64,000 bases of DNA from the NCBI GenBank assembly GCA_965649765.1, contig OZ287758.1, positions 10,974,001 to 11,038,000 on the forward strand. The letters are read 5' to 3'. The position numbers and the translations under genes are program-made. The first letter of the stretch is position 1, and the number at the start of each line of letters is the position of its first letter. A model generated the notes under the pieces. It saw only the letters and a list, made by a program, of their open reading frames with translations, had not been told where the DNA came from and did no database searches. This DNA is from Bispira polyomma. Taxonomy: Eukaryota. Shown one piece after another: positions 37,911-51,100 of this stretch.

Positions 37911-38799
37911 AAAGTCTGAGCTAAACAATTGTACTGCCTGGAACTTCTCTAAAAGTGGGCCATTTTAACACAGATTTGCTCATTTCAAACCAAGAAAACA
38001 GGCATACAGGAACGATTGTGATCAAGAATGTCAAAACCAGCAGATAGATAAATGAAGTGGGATTAATGCTGTGGGCTTTTGTGATAGAAATATATTACTT
38101 GTATTTTTTATGTATAGTAGCATAGTCACAGATGAATACCTGTAAGCAGATTTGTATCTTGCAGCCTTAATCTTTCCACAAGTTTTAAAACTAAACTGAA
38201 TTTTACATATTATTAATATGCTGGACCATTGTCCAGTAAAATATTCTGGATCCAGTAATTGATGGCAGCAGTATGTCAATAAATTCCTAAATTAGTGATG
38301 TAGTCGATGGATCTAACAAGGAAAACATTGTAATGGTTTGTTTTACGATTTTGAGCACCTCTTCTTGCGAAAATAAGTGAAGTAAGTGTGCAGGAAGACG
38401 CCAAAAAGAAACATTTGAAAACCATCCCTGATTTGTTTATCTTTCTTAAATGAAAAATGGCCCAAATTAAACTTGTTTGTCGAAGACTTTCCGGGTGTGC
38501 AGGATAGCATGACAGACTTGGGCAATCTATTTTATACCTTATTTAATTTAACACCCAATGGGGCCATTATATAGCATGACCCCAGAGGTGTCTGCTTATT
38601 CAGTTCCCCACAGCAAGTTATCTTACTACCTTAACCCCTAGGGGGTCATTCAACCACTATTCAATGGCCTCTCTTTTATCAGCCAATCACATCCATTTGA
38701 CCTCACATTTTCCCCCCAAAATGTTATACCTCCATATTGAATTGAATTTTACTAAAAGCAACACCTGAAATTGTTTTCGTTGCATTACAAGCTAGGGGT

Positions 38800-40580
38800 G
38801 CCATACCACCCTCCTCATCACTGACAACGCCGACTGCCAACATTTCTTCGAGTCATTGACCTTTGCCCATGATCCCGCCTACTACTGGTTATGGATGCCT
38901 GGTTGGCCAATCAGCTACAGTTTCTCATCGTGCGAGTACATGCATGACGAGATTGTTCCCACCACTAACTTTTTAAAGTCGATGCCCGATGTCAAGGCTC
39001 TCGTCAACCAAAGGTTGGCCGAATACGAGATCAGAGCTCTGGCAAATTTTGACCAAGGTAAGGTTAATTTGAGACAGAAATCGGGACGATATAACAATAC
39101 TGATATTGCGTCCACAGACCCAAGAATGGGCTAATGGGGGCTGGAGTGGAGGGTCGGCTCGCAAACGCCCCACTTTTGATGAACTCTCCCTTACACAGTG
39201 GGCTGCAGGGCAGTTCAGTAACACGCTGCAGGTGGCGGACCACCAGTTGTCACTAGCCATGATACAGCAGGTGATCTTGCCTTTGAAAGACGCCTCGTCG
39301 CTCCCTTGGAAGGTAGTTTGCACTGCGTGGGCGACTAGTATGCAAGAAGTGAGGAAGGTCGTTTAACGTGGGATAATACAACTCAGTGGTCCCTCAACAG
39401 GATCAGTGCGTCACAGATGGCGATGGCTAATTCTTCGAACCTGACCACCTCACACTCTGGCAGATCTACAATTTGTAAGCTATTTAACTCCGGGAAATGC
39501 CTACACAAGGCGGACCATGGTAACTACAAACATGCATGTTGGCATTGTGCTACTGTCTTAAACAAAGATTCACCTCACCCTGAATTAAAATGCTATAAGG
39601 CTAACTCCACCAAGCAGATGGAAAGTAAGAGTAACTAGGATTTTGACCAACTACCAGGGAAACGAACATTTGAAGTGAGTTGCAGGGACAGGACTTAGGG
39701 AACAAAATAGTTAAGTTAGAAAGTATAAATAAAGACAAGTATTCTAGAGATATAAAAAGTAAAAGTGTTGTTTCTGGTGACACAACTTGTGAACAGAATA
39801 CTAATAATTGCATTATGAACATTTGTAATTTAAATAACTTTGATAATGCATACCAGGTCGTTGATAATCAAATGGAACTTAATGGGAATGTTCACAGGTT
39901 GGATAAAAATCACACACATTTGAACGTAGGTTACCAAAATCAAAGGGGTAAAACTATTACTGATCAATTATGTGATGTTAATGAAAAGGTAGCCACAGCA
40001 CTGCGCCCAAAGACCACTGCTACATATCACAACCAATTCAGAATTTTTATTTCCTTCCTGTGTTTTGCTGGGATACAAGACATAAAATGGAGCATCTCCT
40101 AGTGTTCTGGCAAATTATTTGTCAGCCATGAAATTTATGGCCAAGAAAATTTACTGGAGTTTAAACATTTTTGAAAATACTGCAGTTTCCTTATTTATGA
40201 GGAGCCATTCACACACATCAACCTTTAGGCCTCAACCTAGAGGCATCTTTGACATTACTCACATTCAACAGATTTCAAGTGCTTGTGATATTTTAGAGGA
40301 CCCTTCCTTATACAGGGCCATTTATCTTGTGGCCTACTTTGGATTCCTTAGGATATCCAATATTGCCAATCATTCCAGAAATAAATTTGATTCCACACGT
40401 CACTTCCTTAAGAAGGACCTCATTTTCGGACACCCAGGGGCTCACCTCATACTAAAATAGACTAAAAATTTACAGAACAGGTCTAAACACCACGTTATTT
40501 AGTTGCCTCAACTAAAAAATCCTTCCCTCTGCCCTGTTAGGGCTTTACATCAATTATTACAATCACGACAATCCCCATTG
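38800..40580 (+). mobile_element. Third DIRS-order element, internally deleted (gag, linker and partial YR; no RT/RH)
   Basis: gag VPTTNFLKS, RPTFDELSLTQW, CKLFNSGKC...HACWHC. YR ALRPKTTATY, AYFGFLRISN, LCPV. Confidence 0.85.
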
Positions 40581-41000
40581 TTTTACTTAAATTTAAAGTT
40601 TCATATGTGAAATATATATTACCATTGTTGAAGTTACAAAATATCTTAACTAGACTTTAATTTTAACATCTTAAACAAAGCAATTACTATGTTGTTGTTT
40701 TGTTATCACCCAACAATATCCAAAAGCACAGAGTGTGCAGTCTCTGTAGGAGGCAAACTCGGTCCAATCCCATATTCTGATCTGTTTGTGTTACCCATCA
40801 CCATATGAGCAGACTGTGTGGCTCCATCTCCTACAGCAACTTGACCGGGCTTAAGATGTTTATTCCCTTACCGCTGGTGATTTAAGTACACTGGAATAAC
40901 TTGTTGCTTGGTTAATGTTCTGCCTCAAAGCAATGTTTGGAGCAACTACTTTATCAAGCCGCAGTTGCATGTTAGACCTACGTTTTGTTAGTCTCTTTAA

Positions 41001-41259
41001 TTTTTTTTTTTTTTAATTTGGATATTTAACGTCCACTTTAGTACCTGTTATTAGGTTATATTAGGACAGGTAGTTGGAAACGCTGGAGGAAACTGCATAC
41101 AGTTGATCAAGGTTCTGCACTGAAACCAGAGGCCCACAGTAGGGAACTACCACCTTTCCCACATAGGCATCGACAGGATTCGAACTCACGCCACCCAGAG
41201 GTGAGAGACCAGTGATTGTGAAGTGCAATGCTTGCTAACCACTAGGCCACCGCGGCCCC
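41001..41259 (-). mobile_element. tRNA-derived SINE with A-rich tail and 13-bp TSD
   Basis: A box GGTGGCCTAGTGG and B box GTTCGAATC on the minus strand. TSD ttagtctctttaa at 40988-41000 and 41260-41272. Same family as 49779-50026. Confidence 0.92.
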
Positions 41260-41516
41260 TTAGTCTCTTTAAATCATCGTATGATCACATTGACATATTT
41301 TAAGTTATTTGGGATGCGATCTAGGAATCAATCCCAAACTAAATGCATTATTAGCCACCATATGAAGATTATCGCCAGCTTTAAGTTTCACTCAGGCTGA
41401 CATAATATCCATAACATGAGCTTCACCAACAGATCTTGAGGAAGAAACTTATTTTCTAGGTTTTTCGCCAATTATTTTACCCCATAGAGCATTCGTAGCA
41501 TCTAAAATCTGCTTAA

Positions 41517-42424
41517 TGTCATGGTCACACTGAGTACGTTCGGGTTACTTGTTTTTTCGAAAACAGGAGTGAAAAACCGTGGGAAAATCGGGAAATGTAG
41601 CAAAAATCTATGTTTGGGCCGTTTTGTACACGTTCTGTACGCATCTGTACACGTTTGTACACGCATTTAATACGTTTCAACAGCTGGTTTAATTATGTTT
41701 AACTCATTAGCCACGTTTTAATAATACCAGGGGAGTAGCTAGAATTTTTCATTTGAGAGAATCATTTATTTAATTTTTTTTTTTAATTTTTTAAATTTAT
41801 TTTTACTAATATTTTTTTTTGTGTCATTAAATTGGTACACCTGGGGGTACTGGCTTCTAAACTAGCTACGCCTCTAAATATGTTTGATTCATTAGCCACA
41901 TTTTTAGAACTACGTTAACCACGCTTCTAAACCTGTTTCAGGCTTATTCTCCTCGTTTTTAACGTTTGTATACCTGTTTCTTTCTCATTCTCCTGGTCCT
42001 TAATATTATTGGTAGGTATAGTTCGTTTTACTCCTGTCCTTCATGTCAAATACGCATTGAATGTGTGTCAAACGTTTGCCGCTATGGCACCACCCGCTTC
42101 CGGAAAATTTCCAGCAAACGGCTAAAAAAGTAAAAAAATAAAAAAAATTAAGACGTTTTTTAAAAAACGGGATATTAAGGGACCATGTTGTCTCTGCATG
42201 CTTATGTTTTCTTACGCACACTACGTTTTGCTTACGTTTACTTACGTTTTACCTTATGTTAGCCATTTTTCGAGCATAAGTTTAGTGTGACCACGGCATA
42301 AGGAACCATCTTATCCTCGCATGCTTACATTTTCTTACACACACTACGTTTTGCTTACATTTTACCTTATGTTAGCTATTTTTCGTGCGTAAGTGAAGTC
42401 TAAGCTCAGTGTGACTACAGTATT
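41517..42424. mobile_element. MITE (41517-42298) with a duplicated ~120-bp right end (to ~42424) and a small nested element (~41728-41876)
   Basis: TIR tgtcatggtcacact / agtgtgaccacggca, acgttt-rich interior. 42180-42299 is repeated at 42302-42424. Confidence 0.65.
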
Positions 42425-45171
42425 ACTGTGAAATGACCTATGATTGCATTTTTAACATTTTGAGCAAAGCCACTTTGAGGTGCAAATACCATATAGACTA
42501 CTGAAGACTGAATAGGTACTTCATTGTTATCCACTGAGCCATTGCTGCTTGTAAATTTTTTCAAGTTTTAACAAAAGTATCAACTTCTGACTTCTTCTTT
42601 AAGGCATTTACCTCCTTAATTAGTTCATCACTCACATGAGCCCCCCATTGAATTATTTTCTTTTATGTTCACACAAAACACATAAGTCAAATTCTGCATA
42701 TTTAAAATGAACATTTTTCCCTCTTGCATTGGGTGGACAAGGTCCCTCAGGCAGACCACTGCACACAGGCATACCACCACTCTCAATTTAACACACTAAT
42801 TAAGAAGCACACCGCTTGCACAAAACAATATTTGTACTATCCAACCACACCAAGATATGTAAATAAATCTATGAAGTATCATAAACTTGTAGTTTTGTTG
42901 TCTGTCTCAGATGTGTGTCATATAATGGTACATTGTGATTTTTTAATAACTTTGGTCATATTTGTAGTTTATTTAGCTTCCGTTTAGTATGTTTTTTATC
43001 ATTATACATGTATGCAACTTCTGTAAATATATTCAGTAGTGGTAGTAGTACTAACAACTAGAAATAAGCATAGTAAAAACCAAGGTGAAGGGAATTAGAG
43101 TAGTATTTAGAGTAGTATTTAAAAATATGTGTCTATCTCAATCAATAAATACCAAATGATTTTACATGGTGTTCTCCTTTGCAACTTACCTGTACATCTG
43201 CTCCAATATCACTGTGTGTGGAAATTGTATTTTCTTTTAACAAAGAAATAACCACTTCCCTCTGAAAGCAGGAAAATCATAATGTACTCAATAATTCAGA
43301 CGGGCAAATTTATTGTGACAGCGGTTAATGCAAAAAAACTCTCTTTGTGAAAGATTCTGGATATGATCAACACGTATATATACATGTATGCATATATCAA
43401 TAAATATATCAACAATTGTTTGGGTCCCCCCCTCCCTCCCTGTCAGTTAGAGACACAGATTTGTAAATGAGCTAGCCAGAAGGTCAGAAAATGGTCTCAG
43501 ATCACTTAACACATTCAAATACTAAATAAATATATACGTTGTACTTGGAATTCTACAGAATACTTTTAATAACGTCTCCTCTAGTAGTGCAAATGCCAAT
43601 CAATTACATAGATTCTACCAGTCCTACCAGTCCAATAAATACATGTTTAACATATATTACTCTAACTAGGGGAATCTATTAAATGGTGAAACGTTATTGA
43701 TACATGTAAAATGAAAGTGAAAGTCAGATATCCATTTTGAATAGACTATACATTGAAAAATAGAGTCACAAATAACACAATAGCATTCACAAAAGGTCTT
43801 AGCAGGGCTCAGGCATAAATCTTTGTCTCAACTTTCGGTAAAAAAAGTCGACTTTTGTCTTAGTATTGGTGGTATTCACAAATCAACTAAGTCTAAGTTT
43901 TAGCTTTACCAAGGGCCTAACTTTAAGACAGGTAGGTGCTGGGCATATTTTTACAGTAAAATGTCTTAGGCTTTTTTACTCAACATATACAATTAAAGTA
44001 TTGTATATTTGCAGAGTAGAAAGAAATGTAAACATTTAAATTTTTTAAGTCTGTTTTAATTGAAATTTATTTTGTTTTTACTTTCAGATGTTCATATAAG
44101 CCTAAATTATTATATAGTATATTAGTGGGCAATATAGCTAGGCCTTCCTTTCTGAATACCATTTAAATTTAAAACATGGCAAAAACCTAGCCAAAGTTTT
44201 GGTTAAGTCTAAAATTTTTTGTAAATACCGCTCACATGGTAGACCGAGTTTTCTAGATCTGTCCTCAATGCTTTGATTTACTGAAGGTACACAATTGGAG
44301 GGACAGAGCGATTATACCATAAGCAAAACTCCCCAAATCTGACACGACAGTATACTGTACAACGGGAAATATACAGAAATATTTTAAAGTAATTATATTA
44401 ATGCAAATAATTACTTATAGGCTGGCCATAAGTTATAATATTGTGTATAGCTATTGTATTAACCAATATACAACCACAAACTAAATGGAAATGTGATAGT
44501 TTTTATGTTATAGGTGCTGTGTCAGATTTTTCAAGTTTTGCAAATACTAACCGCTCTGTCGCCAGTGACAAAAGCCACAAAACAGCGACAGAAAACTAGA
44601 AAAAAACTGACTTTTCTTGTTCTTCCTCCTACTACTACTACTATTTTATCATTAATACATTTATTGGCTTCATGTCTTACAAAAACTTTTTTGATCTGCA
44701 CATATAAAATTAACGGACATCACAATCATCAACATGGAAGTAAAGGCATACTTATACACCGGATGGACAATTTTCATTCTCCTTACACATTAGTTGTAAA
44801 TTAAAAAAAGATTTAACAAAACAAGTCTTTTGTGGTATATTTGGAGAAGGTGCATTGGACAAACATTATTATGGAACAAGAAATCTATTAAATGGTTAAT
44901 GGTGAATTCAGGTTTCGAAGAGCTGGTAAGGTCAATTTGGGCTGTTTTTGTTACAAGGATTGCACAAGAGCAACTGAACAGATTTACATGGAATTTGGTG
45001 GAAAGGTAGGTGAGGGACTTTGCTATCGATTGTTTTAGACTGTGGTGCTTTGGCAATTTTATGTATTTCATTGAGTGACTCCTTCACTATTTATAAATGT
45101 AGCCATTAACATATTGCTTTCATGCAGCATGTTTGATCCAATAGAGTATTTATACCATTTCAGGACGAAGC

Positions 45172-48100
45172 ATGGCAACCTTACATGGAGATTTCCAGAG
45201 ATTGCAAGTAGAGAATGATGGGTGTGTTTTAGTAGCTGCCATTGACTTTGGTACTACATACAGTGGCTATGCATTCTCTTTCAAAACCTCTCCAAAAGAC
45301 ATTCATGTGAACAAAAACTGGGGAGAGTCTTTGGGATGCATGTCCTACAAGACACCCACCAGTGTGCTTACAGGGCCAAGGTATCAATTCCTGGCATTCG
45401 GATATGAAGCAGAGGAAAGGTAACGATATAAGTTGAATTATTTGAAATCCAGTTGAGTTCTATCCCATTTAAAATAGCTTAGGTCATATGATGATGGCCA
45501 AATTTAATGGTGGAGGAAACCAGTGCTGACAAATACCTGACAAACTTTCTCACATGAAGAAACCAACGGCATTCAAATCCAGTTCGGTGAAAGGCTAATG
45601 AGGATAAAGCTAAGGCACTTGGTCACTGCACCACTTTTGCAGATACAATATGGTATTGTTTTCAAATTGTGTTCATTGCATTTATCTTCTGGCATTCAAA
45701 ACACTAATTAACCTTTTTTTAACTGTCAAAGTACAGTCAACCAACACCAGTAACTGTCTTCCCTTATCTGAAGGCAGAGGCTTGAGCATGACACCATTTA
45801 TCAATATCGTCGAAGGTTCTGTAGCCTTCAACACCAATAACACTAAAGACAGACCCCAATGGTAGAGGGCTGGCATTTTATTTGGTCATCTGGGCCACTC
45901 AGTATCTGCCTATACCTGGGAGCTACAGGGTGGGATTAAACCCATGTCCTGTTACTTTCCTAAGTGAGTGTGTTACCCACTAGACCACAGTGCAAATACC
46001 TATCAAATATCATTCACCTGGTTGACAAAAGGTGTGTAGCGAAAGAGAAAGTTCCTAAATAAATTTAACTTTTGTTCAGTGAAATATTTGACAAGACATG
46101 TTTTTATCTGTTTAAAATCACATGATGTCACTCAGTTTAATCTTATCCTTGAAATATCTTTTTGGCATTCTATTTTCAGATACACTTCTGCTATTGAAGA
46201 AGAGGATAGTGACCATGACTGTCTCTTCCGTAACTTTAAGATGATACTCCACAGAAGAGAGGTTTGGCTACGAGCTATCGATTAAGTTTCTGTCTTTCTT
46301 ATTTAACTCTAAATGCAGTAAAACCTCTATTATCCGAACTTTTGTTTTCCGAATATTCAATTTATAAATCCACTCTACACAATTTTTATAATACTTCATA
46401 TGTAATACATCTTTAACAATCTTCTTTTATAGTGTTTCTTATTTAAATCTATTTTGGCTTTACGTCGCCCCTTCATTATCTTCAATGGTCATGTTTGCAA
46501 TAGCCAAATTTATCGGTGGAAATAACAAGTACTATTTCTACTGTAAACCACAACCTACAGCAAAAATATTACCACAAACTTTCCCATATAAAGAATACAG
46601 TGGGAATATAACCCACTCTCCTCATAGGTGAAAGACTAGTGATATTAAAGCAGACACTTTTAACCACTAGGCCACCACAAAACAAACATTGTATTATATT
46701 TTTATACATCGTCACTCAAAGCGCTACTTTACCTTTTCATGACTTTACAAATACAGCCACAATGGCAGAGTGAAATATAATATCTATCTGAATGTTTTAG
46801 TTCTGTTCTTGTTTTTAAGACTTTAAGAATCGTGGTACAATATTTGTTTTTTAGAATGTTACACTAAAAAGCACAGTGGCATCAACTAATGGTACTATAC
46901 GGCCAGCAATAGATATATTCTCTATGTCTCTGAAGTATTTAATGAATCACCTTTTTAATCTGCTGAAGAAACAGACTGGCAAGTATGTTATTATCGGATA
47001 CAATTGATTGAACGTTTGACAAAATCTTTGCATACTGCCTTTCCGCTTAAATCTATGAAACTGAACATGTGTTACTTACTGCATAGCCATTAATGGAGGC
47101 GTAGTTGTGCAACTTGCTGGTCTAAACTTATTTTGACCCTTTGGAGTAATGCTCTTGACCTAAAATTTATTTTCTTTACTATATCTCACTAAACTCCTCT
47201 CACAGGAAGCTCATATATTATAAATTATACTATTTACTATTCCCTGTACTCATTTCATGTAGTCAAAGTTTACAGCGTTATCTGCTTTAAACATATAACA
47301 GTTGAAAGGTTGAAACTTTTGTGACTTGTTTGGGTCTTTAACAATTGGAATGCAAATTATTGTGCATCTATTTGGTAAGATGTTTTGCAATATTTCAGTG
47401 AATTTATCCTGTTGTAATTGTTTGTTTTTTTGTATGCTATTCAGAATGCCAGGCAATAGCCATGTACGCTGGGTGATAACCGTGCCTGCCATCTGGTCAG
47501 AAGAGGCTAAACAGTTCATGAGGGTAGCAGCTCAAAGGGTACACATTTTCCTCACCAGATAGAGTTTATATATAAATTTCTCAATATAGTTTGAGTAAAG
47601 CTTACTACTCCATAATTTAAAGATAGATAAAAAATTTAAGAATAAACTATTTTGCATACGCTTTCAGTTCATTTACCCTATATATACTTTGTTCTTATTG
47701 TTGATTATTGAGATTTTAGTGCTTTTCTCCCCATTGGTCTTTTTAGGCTGGGTTAGTGACCAACAAGGATTCTAAGCATCTCATGATATGTCTTGAACCA
47801 GAAGTGGCATCCGTCTATTGTAGAACTTTACCCATTGACCAGTTTAAAGATACAGGAGATTCCTTCCAGCTCTACTTTCAGGAAGGAATGCAGTATGTGG
47901 TTGTTGACTGTGGAGGTATGAACAAAGTACATGTTGGTTTTGTAATTGCTGCTGAAGCACACTCTTGCTGTACAATTGCTAATAAAGTACACCATTGCTT
48001 TGTATTTATAATAATGATTACAATATTGTTATGCATGTATGGAATGTTATAATTTTTTATATATTTTTTATAGACAGAGATATGTAATTCTTCAAAATGT

Positions 48101-51100
48101 TTAAATGAGAGAGCTCTGTCAATGTTGGTACCATCTGGCATTCATTTTTGCATGATTATGCCAATGCTTATTGGCATAATCATGCTTTCTGGAGAAAGAA
48201 GGGTGAAATAGTGGAAAAACCTTGGTTATGCATGGTTACAACATGTCCACAGAGTAATCTCTGAATCTGTAGGGAGTTGTGCTCTTATATTTAGTATATA
48301 TACACTCTTTGGTCCCTAGTTGGTCCAAAATAAATTTGGTTTGATTACATGCAGTATAGTAGATTTGATTGAAGGGTCCATTACCGCCCATTTCAAATGG
48401 TTTCAAAAGGAATATATATATGACAAACATTAGGTTTCGGAAGATAAAAACAAGTAATATATATATATACATACTTTGGTTGATTGGTGGTAGTGGCTGT
48501 AAGCAATATAAAATTTGCTACCATCTGAAATTCGCCACCTAGAAAATGTTGTGTTTTAAGTTGAATTGTGGTTAATATTTGCTTTAATTGATATTTGTAT
48601 GACTAATTTGCCTTCCTTACAAGTTATTTTTCGCCAGTTTTAATTTATTTGGCTTAAATTTTAGGGGTGGCGAATTTTAGATACAGGTGCAAATTATAGA
48701 TTCCTTACTGTATCAAGCTAACAAAAAATATGGTGAACCCAATATATTACATACAGGTTAACTGGAGTATTTTAAAGGATTAAAAACTACAGAAGCTATA
48801 TGTGTCACACAATATGAATAAACCATAGAAGCGTTGGCTAAATTGTAAGTTGGGCTCTGACATTTACATATACAATGACAAAATGAATCAGCCATTAAAT
48901 ACAATTTGCTATGTTTAAATAAATAGAACTCTTTAGAATACACATGTTTTTGACCATTTTTGTCTTTATTACGTCATCTTGATGTACATATAATATTCTC
49001 TATAATACTGCCAATATTATTTGTCCAAAACCAGGACTCCTGCTTCAGCAAGTGTTAAACAATATGGCCATATTTGGTATAATGTATAAAAATGCAAGCA
49101 GTGTACTAATCAAGAGTACATATGGTTACTTGACCACAAATAGGATCATAGTTTGATCGCTGGGTTTAGGCCAATGACAGAAGGAAAAAATTATATATTA
49201 AATATTTCTAGACATATCATAGGCATAATATTTGGTGGAATGATACATAAATGCCATACCTATTAGTTGAGCCACTAACATTAAAAATATGTTAGAAAAT
49301 GGTTGAGTTATAAAGGCTCAAAGTCCAAAATATGCCTAAATTAGGATCATCATTTGATAAACGTTTCTATGGGGTCAGCAATGAATGGTTTTATGGCATG
49401 AAATATATAAAACTGGATTATTGAAAAGGATAAAAATTACAGCAGCTACATTTGTCACAATATGAATAAACCATATAGAGTCAGAAATGGATGATTTTAT
49501 AGCAGGAAATTTATTTTTTTGTTTGGTAACAATTATAATTAAACTACGTGTACTGGTGTAGCGCAAAAAAAAGTGTGTGGGGATATAAAATATGGCAAGT
49601 GGGTTTCCAAATTTTTGTATCCCCTTGCAAAAAAATGTATCTCCTGGAAACAAAAAAAAAATTATTCTCTGACTATTTATATAGTGGTAGGAGACCAGTT
49701 AACGCCCGGCTACCTATCGACGCCCACCTAGATTAGAATAATGAATATTGTTTTAACCATAATTCAAACACACTTAATGGGCCACGGTGGCCTAGTGGTT
49801 AGCAAGCATTGCGCTTCATAATCACTGGTCTCTCACCTCTGGGCAGCATGAGTTCGAATCCCGCCGATGCCTATGTGGGAAAGGTGGTAGTTCCTTACTG
49901 TGGGTTGCTGGTTTCTCTGCAGAACCTTGACCGACTGTATGCAGTGTTTCCTCCAGCGTTTCCAACTACCCGTCCCAATATAACCTACTAAAAGGTACTA
50001 GAGTGGACGTTAAATATACAAATTCAAATTCAAACACACTTAATGATTATGCCAAATCAATTATTATAATATTATGTTTGAATAACCCCAAAACTGTTGG
50101 AAACTGATGTCTCTACAAAGATATATTCAATGTTTTAATCTGGGTGGGCGTGGATTGGTACCCAAGTGTTAACTGGTCTCCTACCACTACATGTATTATA
50201 TTTATAAGCTTATAACTTATAAGCCTTTTAGCTTAGTGCTATTATATTTACCTTTTGTGATTTAGATAATTAAAGGATTAGAGTAAGTGTAACTAAAATT
50301 ATTAATCTATGTATACCTTTTGTGATTTGTAAAATGTTTGTGCATAGAACAGTCACAGTTTAATAAAAAATAATCTGTAATTGGATTAAACATAGGCTTT
50401 GATTAGCAGGGGTTTAATTTAAGTGTGATCGATTTGTTTGGGGTGCTATAGTGGCTTCTGTACTGATGACTAGGACTTTTTATTGTCTATAGGGATGGTG
50501 ATATATGTGGTTTTTGTAACTGTTGTATAATTGGATTACACATGGACTTTGATTAGTAAGGAATTCATTTAACTGTGTTTGTTTGAGGGTGCTATAGTGG
50601 CTCCTGTGGTCATAGCTAATCCATCTTGTATTGCTAATGGGGGGATGTTTGTGGTTTCCTAACTCTTCTATAATTGGATAAAACATTAAAATTGGAAAAT
50701 AAATTATGGAAATAGAGAGCTGTAAAAAAACACGATAATTTTGTAGGTAAACAAACTAACTTCTGTGAGCTACCAAAATATATCAAAAAATTGTTTTCAT
50801 CAGGTTTTAAAGCAACTTATGTGAAAAATAAATTATATATATCAAAACATTTTTAAGGCGATTCAGTTGTTTATATATATGTTTCAGATTTTACTTTGAA
50901 TTTTGACTTTGGTTTACCTAACTGGGTACTAACAATAGGTGGTTCTCGAAATCCATTTGACCACTGACTCGACATTGTACTGGCATTATTATGATATGGC
51001 CGCCAGGCCATTCTCCTTTTGTTAAATATATATAAAGACTTGGACAGGTCAGAACATGGACAGTCTATATCAAATCGCGCACTGGTTAATATAGCATTAT

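Larger units (their letters stand above)
24305..38570 (+). repeat. Tandem segmental duplication, copy 1 (paralogous to ~44630-60655); ends approximate
   Basis: Collinear intron, exon, 3' UTR and downstream homology, e.g. 24415 vs 44751, 24680 vs 45810, 31130-32030 vs 52215-53165, 38320-38570 vs 60385-60655. Confidence 0.88.

Noticed and set aside
24305-38570. Haplotype mis-assembly (uncollapsed allele) as the cause of the duplication
   Set aside because: Intron divergence, many synonymous changes and entirely different TE insertions favour true paralogy. Read depth would be needed to exclude it fully.
46978-46984. Possible GC-AG donor (G|GCAAGT) at the end of HSPA12 exon 3
   Set aside because: Only the GT donor at 46983 gives the phase 2 required by exon 4.
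49779-49870. tRNA gene (also 41175-41259 and 21707-21724)
   Set aside because: The A/B boxes belong to SINE heads with body, tail and TSD. The 18-mer is a retrotransposon PBS.
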